Below are positions 1 to 12,123 of a stretch of DNA of 64,000 nt, one piece after another. The DNA comes from Cercozoa sp. M6MM. Lineage: Eukaryota; Protista; Endomyxa: Ascetosporea. The translations under genes and the position numbers were made by a program. The notes beneath the pieces are model-generated. The model was not told the DNA's origin, did not search any database, and saw nothing but the letters and a program-made list of their open reading frames with translations. Location of the stretch: assembly GCA_040357565.1 (NCBI GenBank), contig JBDODJ010000054.1. One strand, 5' to 3'. Positions within the stretch are counted from its first letter, which is position 1, and each line of letters opens with the position of its first letter.

Positions 1-2000
1 ATCGATCGCATCCGCGCGGACTGGCTGGATGACACGCGAGCCGTGCGGCAGGTGATGCTCAGTCCCGATGAGCCTTCGCTGGTCGGCGTGTCGCAGCAGT
101 ACGTCCTCGTGGACGCTGGCTACGGGAGTACACAGGACCACAGTGAAAGTCAGAGTGACCACAGTGAGAGTCAGAGTGACCACAGTGAGAGTCAGAGTGA
201 CCACATTGAGAGTCAGAGTGACCATCGTGAGAGGGAACGATACACGAACGGAATGCTGCTCGGAGTGCGACACGTGCCCTTCAAGGGTACACTCCTTTCA
301 ATCTGTAGTCCTCCCTTCTCCTTTCCACACTCTTTGTGTTTATTTTGTGTGTGTGTGTGTGGATGTATTTTGTGTGTGTTTGGTGTGTGTGTACAGGCAA
401 GAAGGAGCTTTTTGTGAGTGGCAAGTACCTGCTGCGACACGGACTCACCAAGTACAAGTAGGCTCAACTATATTCACGTGTGTACCTCACTGCCGTTTCC
501 TCCCTCTCCTTGTTCCTCACCCCTCCTCTTCCCAGGAAAGCCAAGCGACTGGGCGCCTTGTTTCACTGGCCGTACCGACAGTACGTGCATCAGCAAAAAC
601 TGCTGCACCTGCGCCGAGTGCTCTGCACGCTGCCCTTTCGCAAGTGCCTCGTGTTCTGCAACACGCGCAATCACGCCCATGCTGCTGTACCTTTCACCGG
701 GCAGGGTCAGAGGGTAAGGGGTAAATGGTATAGAGGGACATTAGTTGGGTCTGCAGGCACAAGGACTGCGCGACAGCGGCTTTGTGGCCGACGTGCTGAC
801 GGCACAGTTGTCACAGGTCGACCGCATCAAGGTCATGGTAGGTGCTTCCCATAGCCAGGGGAGATGGGGGTACTAATTAATGTACACAAGCAGAGACGAC
901 TGCGACGAGGCGAGACGCGCATCGTGGTCAGCAGCGATCTAATCGCACGCGGTGTCGACCTGCGCGACGTCGATGTGGTCGTCAACTTCGACACACCCAG
1001 CGACCCGGCGACCTTTCGTACCTGGCCTCTATCCCCCTAGTTATCCCTCTTAATCACACCTCCTTATTCCCCCTTTAAATATCCCCGTAATTATCCCCCT
1101 TAATTGCCTCTTTGGGTTAAAGCTGCGCAGTGCATCGCTGCGGCCGCGCTGGTCGTTTCGGCGGCCGCGGATTCGCCATCTGTGCCTTTTTGTTTCTTGC
1201 CTGTGGTTGCTCTGTGCCTTTAAGATGACTGAAACCTTGGTTTTTCGCTTCAAAGCACTGTGCGACAGCTACGAGAGGAGGCTACTCAAGTGGTACACAT
1301 TCGTTCTCCGTGTGTACACTCGGTTAGGACGTGTGTATGTGTGTGCGGACAGGCTGCTCACCGAGGCACTGAGTACGGAGGATGCCACTGCGCTCGACTA
1401 CCGCCGACTGAACCGGCGACAGCTGCAGCGCGTGCACTCGGCCCTGACGGCGCCAGCGAACGCAGCTGTCGTCGGTGGCAGTGGCACCGTCGCCGAGAGT
1501 GACACGTGTGCCTGCGCACCATCGGGTCAGCTGGTCGCCGACATTGTGCGACGCAGCATGAACGCCTTTCCGCTGCTTGTGGACTCGCTTGCCGTCTACG
1601 CCGATCGTAGGCTTCCTGTCGTCTGTCTTGCCTGGTATCATATCTAATGAACCCTCTCTTCGTAGGCGTGGAAGAGATCCCCCCAGCAGAGGCCGACACA
1701 GGCGCGTCGTCCCATGGTACTTGCATTAGTGTATGTTGAGAGCGCACGTGTACAGGTTGCTGCTTGTGTTCAGTCTACGTGCATCCCGACAGCGAAAGCA
1801 TGCAGATCATGCAGCAGATCTTTGCCGAAGATGCACGTGCGCACGAGATCGACATTGCACCGAGCTTCACTGTCAGCACCAGCGGCACGAGTGACCAGTT
1901 TAGCGACCACCCCGACGATCAGTCCCTTCCCAGAAAGCGCACCTGGCAGCGCGCTCTTGACACTGCCGAAAACTCCTTTTGGGATGACTTGGGCGTCTAA
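1..2000 (+). CDS. DEAD-box RNA helicase, DDX20/Gemin3-like (5' part outside window), multi-exon
   Basis: Spliced exons give PSLVGVSQQY, LPFRKCLVFCNTR (motif IV), IVVSSDLIARGVDLRDVDVVVNFD (motif V) and HRCGRAGRFGGRG (motif VI). Stop TAA at 1998-2000, with AATAAA near 2040. DDX20 affinity is from remembered motif similarity. Confidence 0.85.
136..231 (+). repeat. Coding tandem repeat, 21-nt unit (GACCACAGTGAGAGTCAGAGT) x~4.5, encoding DHSESQS
   Basis: Directly visible in sequence and in ORF 43..417. Confidence 0.9.
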
Positions 2001-2114
2001 ACAGCTTCTTGCATTCACTCGCTTTTTCAAGCACAAAAAATAAATAAAATCAGCAAACGTCCGCGCGCTCCTGTTGTCTGTGTCTCCTCTTGTTAGTTAG
2101 ACCTGATTTCGGGG

Positions 2115-2809
2115 ATGGCGGAAAACGAGCAGCCCCAGGATGCCGTGCCTTGGTGGCGGAAGCTACTGCGACAAGTGTGAGTTATTATTCATCAAAATGT
2201 CAGAAAATTAAAGTTGTTGTTGTCGCAGACTCATCATGCTCGCCATTCGTTTCGTTGCCTCGCGTTTCTTTTCTTCAGGAAGCAGTGGTAGCAACAAGGT
2301 TGTGAGCTCCAACGCAGACGGCAGCGACAATGGGCTGGAAGAGGTCGGAAGTGACATTCAGGTAACTCTCGTCTCTGTCTCAGCCGGTATTTACCCTCTG
2401 TATGGGTGTGTGTGTATGTGTGTGTATGTGTGTGTGTGTGTGTTGCTTTAGAACCTCATGTCCACCGTGTACCCTGCGTGGTCGCCGAACGATATTGTCG
2501 ATGTTCGTCTGTTTGCCAACAGTCACAGCGACTTCCACGTGTCCCAGATCGCTGGTATAGATACACTTACTCACTCACCGATGTAGTCTTTGCACTAGTT
2601 GATGAGTGCAGACAGCGCCGAGTTGTTTGTTGTGAGGAGCGCACCTCTGGGTGCACTCGGGTACTCTATGCTCCTCTCTTCTGCTGTCGCAAAGTGAAGA
2701 AGGAACTATTGTTGTGTGTGTCTGTGTGTGTGTCTGTGTCTGTGTCTGTGTCTGTGTGTGTGTGTGTCTGTGTGTGTCTGTGTGTGTGTCTGTGTGTGTG
2801 TGTGTGTGT

Positions 2810-2875
<66 letters not shown>

Positions 2876-4508
2876 GTGAAATGTCGATGCCGGCACACAC
2901 AGTTTCCATCGAGTACAAGAACCTGGGCTACAGTACCTGTTTTCTCTGCGTCTGCGTCTGTTGGGACCCGTCCGTTTATGTTCGTTATGCAGCGCATCTG
3001 TACGCCAAACGTCGAAGCGATGGCGACTTTTTCGTTGTTTCACAAGTACACCCGAGTTAAGCGATTGACCCACTCTCGGGGCACTATGTTTCGCCTGTCC
3101 GCACAGGAACTCCTGGTGGACGGACCGCCGAAAAAGAAGAAAGAGAAAGTCAATCTGCTAACGGAAGAAACGCCGGTAACCTTGGATCCATCCTGTAGGT
3201 CTTCCGTCAGTTTCACTCGCGTTGTTTGTGTCTGTTACAAACAGACGCTGCAAAGCGACCTGTCGATTCTGAAGAACGGCGTTTTTGGCTCCTTGTTTCA
3301 GATGGCATTCGACACTGACGAAGAGGTGCTTCCTTTCCTTGTCCTTTTGTCCTGCATCTTACCTACTGTTTTGCAGACTGAAGAAATGGACTGGGAGTGG
3401 GACGAAAAAAGCGGGCGTGTCGCCAAGTACCTGCCGCCGCAGATCGACATTCGCTTTGTACTTTTCGGCGGCCCCCCCCCTGTCTCTCCCATTGATATAG
3501 TTATTTCTGTGTTTTTAACGTAGGTGGCAGACAGTAGTTTCGCAGCACTCCCTCTGACACAGCTTCCAGCCGGCCTGCAGAACAGGATTGTTCGGTATGT
3601 CAGTGACACTACTCAGAGTAGTCCGCGCGGATGCTTTGACTCTCTTGTGTCACAGCAAGCAGGACCGTTTCTACCCTGTGATGTTCACGGACAATTTCTG
3701 GCACATGCGACGCAAGTTTCGCATGATAGATCTCGAGGCTGACACTCTGACTGACGTCGAGACCGACGGTGAGACTGACGATGAGACTGGTGTTAGGACG
3801 GTGCAGATCGACGTGTCATTTTCGCCGCTGCGTGGCATCTTTGCCATCCTGCAGGTGCTTTATTTCCCTTTACCCCCTTTACGCTACACCCTACCTTTAC
3901 CCTTCCCTCGGGCAGGCGCAACTGGAGACACAATGGCAGAGCTCAGAGCTGCTGCAGCGTTTCTCCACGCTGCTTGAGGAAACGATGGGCGACGTTAATG
4001 AGAACAAGGAAGGTTCCGAGAAGGTTCCGAGAAGGTTCAACTGGAAGTACGAAGAGGCGCAGCGCCGCTCCGTCGTCGAAGCCAACCTACCCGTGTCAGT
4101 TGTCCTCTAGCACAAGGGGAAAGAAAGGGGGTAAATACACCTGTATGTGTGTGTGTGGGTGTGGGTGTGTGCAGTCTGGTTGTGTCTGTGGTGGCCTCAC
4201 TGCTGCACGCCTTGTTCGAATTCCTGGCATTGTACTTTCCCTGGCCTGTCTTGTCTTTGTACCCCATTGTTATGCTGTGTGTGTGTCTGCGTGCGTGTGT
4301 GTGTGTGCAGCAAGGAAGATGTCAAGTTCTGGAAGCAGAAGCAAGGCACAGTAGGTAGCAAGCATCTGTATCACCTCTAGTCTATCTTTTTCGATACTAA
4401 TGTACAGGTGTGTCGGTGCGCTCACTGGGCGCTTCGGCGGCGATGCAGCTGATCATCCTGCTCTACCTCGCCGGTAGGTCCATCTCCTAAGCTATTTTAC
4501 CCCCCCCC

Positions 4509-4547
<39 letters not shown>

Positions 4548-5543
4548 CCTATCCCTTGATATAGCAAACGACAGCAACATCGTGGTGCTGCTGAGTTCGG
4601 TGGCAGGTCTTGGAGTCGACTTGTGGAAACTCTGGAAGTGCATGCGGCACACTCCGTACCCTCGCTGTGTTTGTCCACCTTGCTTTTACCCCTGCTTGCC
4701 AAAGTGAGAGTCAGGAGGAGCAGCGGAGTGATCGCTACGACCGCGAATTCTCGCGAAAATTGCTAATTTTCGTGTTGATTCCGCTGGTACTGAGATACAC
4801 ACGGATGGACAGGCTTGTTGTATGGCTACTGCCTCGCAGGCACCGGTACTGGGTCTGTGTTGTACAGGTACTGGCCAGAGCGGCGTATTCGCTGCGCTAC
4901 GAGACGCACACGTCGTGGTACATGTACGGTGTGACTATAAGTCGTTTTGTGTGGTTAAACGGGCACATGCCATGTGACGCGGGTGGACAGGTTTGTTCTG
5001 GAGACACTGGTCTCCAGTGTCTACCTGTTCGGCTTCCTGCAAATGGCGCCGCAGGTCTACCTCAACTATCGACTGCGCTCGGTGGCACACATGCCCGGCA
5101 AGCAACTCATGTACAAGTTCCTGGTACAGTTGGACCTTTGTTGTATGAAGCTTTGTGACCACGTGATTAAGTATGCGCTGAGATAGAACACGATCGTAGA
5201 CGATCTGTTCGCCTTTGCTGTCAAGATGCCGACGCTGCACCGACTGAGTGTCTTCCGTGACGACATCATTTTTGTCATCTTCCTGGTCGGTTGCAATCTG
5301 ACTCTTTTGTTTTCTATCTTTTTGTTTGACTCTGCTCTTTTGTTTTTAATGCAGTACCAACGCTGGGCATACAAGACTGACTACACGCGCGTGAACGAGT
5401 TCGGCTACCAGCACAAGTCGGATAGCGAGGAGACGGAGAGCGAGACTGCTGCCGCCACTCAGGCAACGGAGAGCGAGACACCTCAAGTTGCCACCATCCA
5501 GGAGCCAAAAGACGGCGCAGAGAGGAAACTAAAACAGGACTAA
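2115..5543 (+). CDS. CLPTM1: CLPTM1 family multi-pass membrane protein (lipid scramblase-like), multi-exon
   Basis: Spliced C-terminus LLHALFEFLA..KEDVKFW, FGFLQMAPQVYLNYRLRSVAHMP, NTIVDDLFAFAVKMPTLHRLSVFRDDIIFVIFL-YQRWAYKTDYTRVNEFG matches the CLPTM1 signature. ATG 2115, TAA 5541-5543. Confidence 0.92.
2713..2873. repeat. (TG)n/(TGTC)n intronic microsatellite
   Basis: Directly visible. Similar tracts lie at ~19223-19345, 23881-23927, 26716-26831, 32479-32578, 47437-47514, 49970-50240 and 55119-55222. Confidence 0.95.
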
Positions 5544-5712
5544 GCGAAAGCGAAGCAGACTGAGAGGACTAGCGAAAGCGAAGCAAAAATTGCGTACGGC
5601 GAGCCCAAGCCAGTCAGCTCCAACTGCTGTGCTATAGAGTGTCATAACAGAGCATTAGAAATGCGCATGTATGTGCTGATACCTGTTAGATCGAAATCTA
5701 AGCAGAATTAGC

Positions 5713-7784
5713 ATGTCTAGTGTGTCAAGTAAACACTGTTTTACGGTGGAACGCATCATCGCGCATCGAAAGCGACGCAATGGCGAGGTTTTGGTACAGT
5801 TGCACCGTGGATGGACCCGCTTTGTGTGCGCAGAGTCGGCTTGAGTTTGTGTATGTGGACAGTACCGAGTCCGGTGGCTAGGCTACTCGGAGCAGGATGA
5901 CACTTGGTGTGCCTGGTTTATAACAAGTGTGTCTTTGATTGTTGGGAGACACTATTGTGGCTACAGGGAGCCCGTGTCCTCCTTCAGCGACATGCGTGCC
6001 ATCGAGGCCTACATGAGTACTGTCGCGGCCGATCCGATCGATGGTAGCACTGGTGTAGTCTTTCCCCCCCCCCCCCCCCATCCCCTGGTGTAGACAGCAG
6101 TAGCACCAGTGTGTCCTCCAACGAGAATCGCGGCGGCGGCATTCGAGGCCTGCCGAAACTGCCACGGGCCAACGTGGCAGGTGCCTCTCACTGTTACCCC
6201 CCTTACCCCCTGCCCTTTTGTTTCCTTGCATCTTTTGCCCCCTTGCATCTTTTGCCCCCTTGCATCTTTTGCCCCTTGCATCTTTTACCTCCTTACCCCC
6301 CGACAGTGAGGAGAGTCGTGAGCGATCTTGAGCTTCGCCGTGCTATTGGGTGCGTCTGGCTCTCTTTCTCACACCTTTTTACCGCTTTACCCCCTTGTTA
6401 CTTACCCCCTCATTGCCCTCCCATATACCCTTCTCAAAAAATTTAAAAAACTCAGATGTCGGCCGCCGAGTGTCGACGCTCCCAGTAGATTTCTGTTTAT
6501 TCTGTGTGTACAATTCCCGTCCGTGCGGAAGCAGAGGAATACGCGTGTTGTTGCTTTTGTGGCGACAGCGCCAATGCGCGCGCGGACGCAAAAAGCGAAA
6601 AATGCGCGGAAAATTGAGGCGAATCGTGTCGACATGGAAAACCTCGTATTTTTCTGTCTCCGCGCGGACGTGTGACACTACAAGAGAGTGCATGTAGCTG
6701 GCGCCGGAGGATGCGCGCAGTTTCGACACGTTCAGTTGTCGGCGGTGCGGCGTGCAGTCGCTCGTGAGCACGGGCACGCGGTACGCGCAGTGCGGCCGGT
6801 GTCAGGAGGTGCAGGCCGTGCAGCCTTCGACGACGGCGCACTGCGCGCAGTGCTGTCGACTGGTCACTGTGCCGGCCGAGGCTGCTCGGTTGTAGCGTTG
6901 CCCCCCCTGTTTACCCCCCTGCTTACCCTCCTGTTTACCCTCTGTTTACCCTCCTGTTTACTCCCTGTTTGCCCCCCTGTTAACCCTCTGTTCACCCTCT
7001 GTTTACCCTGCCTCTTGACCCTACCTCTTGAGCCAGCGCGTGTGGCGTGTGCGGCACGCTGAACGAGATCAAGCACAACCGCGAGGACACGCCGATGGCA
7101 GAGTGGCTACACGACGACGCCTTCGCTCTGTTCTGCCACGACGCGCTGCGACTGCACGAGGCCTATCGCACGCAGCGGTACCTACCCTCTTATCCCTACC
7201 TTCTACCCCCTACCCTGCCCCTACCCCCCACCTCCACCCTACCTCCGACCTCCTACCTCCGACCTCCTACCCCACGACAGGTTCATTCGACGCTCGCGCT
7301 CGCTGAGTTCGCCGTCGACAGTGCAGAGTCCGCGGCCGGTGGTGCCGGGTGTCTCCTCCGACGCCTTCAAACTGACTCAGAGGGTAGCCTTCCCTTCGTT
7401 TTTCCTTCGCCTTTCCTATCTTACCCTGTGACCTTTGACTGTCATACCAGTATACTGTCTTACCCTACCTACCTAGGTACAGTACGTGAAGCAAGCCAAG
7501 CGTCTGTTGCAGTACCAGAATTTGATGAATGAAACGCACGTTTTGCGGTGTCGCGATTTGTGGAACAAGCTGCCTGAGCAAGGTGTCCTCTCCCCCCCCC
7601 CCCCTCTCTCTCTCTCTCCCCCATGACCCTTCGCTCCCGTGTAGCCAGAGAGGAAGTGCGCCAGCGCGTGCGACTCGACGCCGAGGCTGCGCAGGTGCTG
7701 CGCCAGCAACTGCAGCAACTGGCCGAGCGACAACGACGCGCGCAAGTTGGCCAGTACAGCACTCCCCCTACTCCGTCCTCGTGA
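5713..7784 (+). CDS. Chromodomain protein with two LSD1-type zinc fingers and a C-terminal HMG-box-like helix, multi-exon
   Basis: Spliced N-terminus MSSVSSKHCFTVERIIAHRKRRNGEVL|YRVRWLGYSEQDDTW|EPVSSFSDMRAIEAYM is a canonical chromodomain. CRRC-x14-CGRC and CAQC-x14-CGVC have LSD1 finger spacing. C-terminus includes LWNKLPEQAREEVRQRVRLD. Stop TGA 7782-7784. Confidence 0.8.
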
Positions 7785-8091
7785 ATGATGAACCTCGGAC
7801 CAAAACAAACTTGACTGAATCCTCTAGACGCACCATAGTATCACACTCTGTGTTAGCACAGTCATGGGCTGCTTTAAATTGCGCCAAATCTGCAATTGTA
7901 CACTTGATTGCATAAAATGGACTCTAACATAGTATCAGCACTCTCCGAACACTCGCCCCCCTTAAGAGGTCAAGTCTGTTTTCAAAAATAAAGGGACTCA
8001 AACCTGTATCTCAAGGCATACTTTAGATCAAATACCGCAGTGCGACAACTTTAGTGACACGTGGGGCGTGGTTGTAGGCGTACAAACTCCA

Positions 8092-8752
8092 ATGGTACTT
8101 CCTTTTTCTCCAATATTTGTTGTGCCTTAATTTTGACTTGCGCGATTTTTGCCCGACAGGAGGAAGAGTGGACAAACGAAAAAGCGGAGCAGACTGAGCA
8201 GCGTAAGCGTGCGGTGCGTGCACTGCAAAGAGAGCATGCGCTGGAGGGGCACGCGCCGCAGCACTTTCGCTCATTCTCGCTGTTTCAGTCGCTGTGCAAG
8301 GCCGCAAATGAACTGCGACAAGAAGGTGCACTTTGTTTGTTTTGACACATTGGTGTCTATGTTTTTATGTGCTCTGATTCAGGTTATCTGCCGGCGGATG
8401 ATGCATTTCGAGAGGCGCTCGCTTCTAATTATGACTCGTACGTTGCTTTTCCTTCCACCGCAAAAGAAAAAGAGCGAAAAACACATCTATTAACTTTTTT
8501 GAGCAGTGTGATCGAGGAAGAACTCCAGAAAATGGCAGAAGAAAGTTCGCACCTCGTCAGTGTGGGAAAGGTACCCAACATTCAACTTATCCTTGTCGCG
8601 ACAATGTGCATGTGTCATTAACGTAGGATGCCAAGCTGATGACGTACCGACACGTTGAAGACGTCTGGACGTTTGTTCTCAAGGACTGTGAGCTGCGCTC
8701 TAGTGACGGTGACGTCATTCGCGCTGCTGAGTTGCGCGTCTTAACCAGCTAG
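8092..8752 (+). CDS. GTF2A2: Transcription initiation factor IIA gamma subunit (TOA2/GTF2A2-like), 5 exons
   Basis: Spliced protein ...HFRSFSLFQSLCKAANELRQEG..YDSVIEEEL..KLMTYRHVEDVWTFVLKD.. resembles TFIIA-gamma YRFCDNVWTF. The first coding exon is ATG alone. Confidence 0.8.
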
Positions 8753-8980
8753 CTATCGTAACGAACTACCAGTACGATGGATACTGTACTAACGTACTGG
8801 TAAAAATTCAGGGACCAGGGTTGCCACGTTCGGTCCGCGCCGGGCAGTGCGTAGCGTACATACGCGTAGACTATACTCGACTAACGTACAGAAAATCACG
8901 ATTAAACTGAGTGTGCCTATTGTAACGCGGCGTAAATGCTTGTGCAACTTGCAACCGGCGTACTATGGGCCTGCTCGAGC

Positions 8981-10960
8981 TCAGGCGAGCTCATCGTATA
9001 AGTCGCATATCAACGCATGCGCAGCAAAGTGACCCGGATAGTCCGTTATAACCTTGCGCGCGTACTCCACCTGTAAAATATTAGATGCATTTGAGGTGCA
9101 ACATACAGAGAATCCGATAATACCGCACGATGCCTCTCACCACGACGACGGTAAATCAATGCTGCGTTGAATTGCGGTTCAAGAGAATCTTGGTGTTGCA
9201 GCGCGCGCTCAAAGATTGACAGTGCGTCATCCCGCGCATTGTCATGACCTCGGAACAACTGAGATGTAGCACTATCACATGCGACAGCACACTACGCAGC
9301 GATCGAGAGAAGACCAAGTTTACCTGTAGCATACCGAGATTGTTTAGTGCTTCCGCATGCGATGGCACATATGAAACAGCGAGCCGAAAGCTGTTCCATG
9401 CGAGTGGCAAGTCAGCCTGGAGAACTGCGACGATGCCCAAGGCGTACCAAACGTCGCCGTGCTCGTCGTCAGTTCTCGACGCTGCAAGCGCTCTTCGAAG
9501 GCAAGACAGTGCCACGTCGAACTGCTGCGCGTAAAAGCAGGCCAAACCGAGGTTGCCCCACACCGATGCTGCTCCACTGCTGCTCTCTGTAGGGTTTCAC
9601 ACTAATCGAAGGCCGATTTAAGCAGACAATTAAGTTCTTACTGAACAAACCTTGCCAACCGCCAGCAGCGGCACCGAGGAGCAGCATGCGACGGTACAGT
9701 CGGAGTGCGACTTCTGGTCTTGCTGCGTAGAACTGCTGAGCTGCTGTACTCGCGGTGGCTTCGAGTGAACTCGGATCACTGTGCTCGAGAAGCAGCCGAT
9801 ACTGCTGTACAGCAGAGTACTCGTCGTTTAGCAGGTCATGCAGTCTTGCAGTCGCTAGAATCAACGGAATGTGTCTCGGCCACAGTCGGAGCCCAGCTTC
9901 GTAGAGATGCATAGCTTGTGTCGGCTTGTCTTGACGCAGCAGCACCTTGCTGTTCCACAAACGCACCTCATGACCTTCGTGTGCGTGTAGAGCTTCTTCC
10001 GTGCACCGGCGAGCGTCTTCGTATTCGTGCAGTGCGTAGTAACACTTTGCCATGCGAAGTGTCCAAAACCCTGCGTGTCAATCCACGCGGAATATACCAT
10101 ATGGCACTGGACATAACTTTGTTGTACTACCACATTTATCCAGCAAGCGAGAAAAACCTACACTCATGCTGAAAGTTGAGCTTTCGTCGGGTAGCAATCG
10201 CCAGTTCAAGAGCTCGGACGACGGCATCGCTGTCTCCGAGTACGTGCAAAAGATAGTCGATTAAGATGGCAGCAAGGCCTGGCTGGCGCGCCACTTGCTC
10301 AACGTCGATGCGAGCCACATCGATCCACTCGTTTCCTTGCAGAGAGGTGCCGGGCAGCGGAGTCACTGCGCGCCCAGTCGCACGTGTCATTCCGCGTGTC
10401 AGTGTGCGAGCTGCTCCAGTCATCCCGCGAGTGAGTCCTCGTGTTAGACCTCGCGTCAGTCCTCGCGTTAGACCTCGACTATACGCTTCTCGACTTGCCA
10501 GGGCTCTCTGTGAAGTTGCTGGCCTCACCACGCCTGTCAGCGGTCTGCCCGACGACACCGGGCGTAACAGTGCACCAACTTCTTCCTTTCTCCTTTTTGT
10601 TTCAAGTCGACGAAGAGACGTCCCAGGTCGAGGTAACGCAGCACTCGCTTGCTCATCGAGACATACGTCTGCCAGCGAGTCTTCTTCAAGTTCCGTGTCG
10701 TCAAAGGGACGAAACTGCTCTGTCATCGCACGCGTTTTCATCGCCCACACAGCACGATCTGTTCGATTGTGCCGCTGCAACCACAGAACGGAATAGATAG
10801 TATAAATAAGCTAATTCAGCTCCACCAAAAGGTGACGTACGCTTGTCTTCACGGGTTTTTCAAGCCATTCTTCGCACACATTTACGACAGCACTGAACCT
10901 GCGTTGACGAAGAAGAACTCGCGCACGTAGCAGCGGAGGCAAACTAACCGAGTCCGACAT
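8981..10960 (-). CDS. TTC8: Bardet-Biedl syndrome 8 / tetratricopeptide repeat protein 8 (BBSome subunit), multi-exon
   Basis: DDTELEEDSLADVCLDEQASAALPRPGTSLRR, RPVSSGRPLTGVVRP, WFWTLRMAKCYY, PEVALRLYRRMLLLG, WGNLGLACFYAQQFD and HAEALNNLGML all match BBS8. Confidence 0.92.
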
Positions 10961-11335
10961 TTCAGGAGGTGAACGGTGACCAGGCCCAAAGAAGGTGAAT
11001 TCACCTCTAAACGATGAGTTCCTGATCGCAACTTGGTATATTGCCTGCCTTCCGCCCGGAGGCGGTTTTCATTGACATATATAGTCCCTGACTCCCAGTC
11101 ACTTAACCAATTCGTTTGGACGCAATTTTAGGCAGCTTTTTAAACTAAAGTTCGCCGAAGTGTAGATGCTGTCTCTGCTTGAGCCGCAACTGTCAAGATT
11201 CCCAGACTGTCAATCTATCTGGCGCTAAGTCCGAAGAACGTTTGTGAGCTCCGGGCCAGTCTCAAAATCTGAGGCTTGGACAGAGCCGTATGCAAGCGAG
11301 TGTGTGCTCGCTCTGTACGCATTGCCTGAGGACAA

Positions 11336-12123
11336 ATGCGGTACACCTTGGATTTTCTTTTTTGAATAGGAACGGAACAGGTTTTTTGCATTTACAGAGG
11401 TCGGAAACCGAGTCAACGACGACGCAAGCGAAGTCTGTCATGTGGACCGCTATCGTACGTGCCGGTCGAGGAGATACTCGAAACCTCAAGTGCAGAGGAG
11501 GAGAAGTGTCTGCGTATTCGTGCCCATGAACCATCGAGGCGACCAGTTTATGTCACTCCACCTCGACGGCACACTGTACATCCCAGTCGCACAAACAAAA
11601 ACGTTTCTGGTCGAAGCCTGCGTCGTCCCGCCCTCGATCACGACGCCTTTCTAGATTATATGCTGCTGTTTGGTAAGTCAGTTCAGTTCATGCATAAAGT
11701 AGGAACTTTGTTGGTGTGCACAGAAACTATGTCCGAGCAAGATGAGTTTGATGACAACGATAGCTTGGCCGAGGTGAGACCGAAGCGGTAGAGTTCGCAA
11801 ACTTTCACTGCGAGTAAAGCTGCTGCAATCACGAGTTTTGGCACAGAGTTTCGTTGCTGCGACACTCAGTCGACGAGTCGGCAAACGTGACAATGCGACA
11901 AACCCGCGCACTGACGACGACTATGCACGACATGCGGAAACGACAGCAGCATTTTCTTCCAGACTTTGACATTGACTCGACTCAACTGTACCTACGCTGT
12001 TACTACTTAGTGTCGTGTTTAATTCTTCCAAATGTGATGTCCCACAGGTGCAGCATGGGCACCACACTTGAGTCGGAAGATGAAGACACCGTGGAAGAGG
12101 ATTTCGCGCATGAATATGAGTGA
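11336..12123 (+). CDS. Hypothetical low-complexity protein, multi-exon
   Basis: Exons linked by GT-AG introns (MR|GRKPSQRRRKRS...LDYMLLF|ETMSEQDEFDD...EEDFAHEYE*). No recognisable domain; start uncertain. Confidence 0.45.

Noticed and set aside
2406-3073. ORFs rich in CV/HT repeats (also ~18624-19697, 26461-27135, 30771-32940, 49697-50450, 54403-55346)
   Set aside because: Translations of intronic (TG)n/(CA)n microsatellites, which contain no stop codons; not proteins.
6350-6697. Apparent foreign insertion within the chromodomain gene
   Set aside because: Resolves into ordinary small exons (DVGRRVSTLP; NTRVVAF..DMENL) bounded by GT-AG introns.
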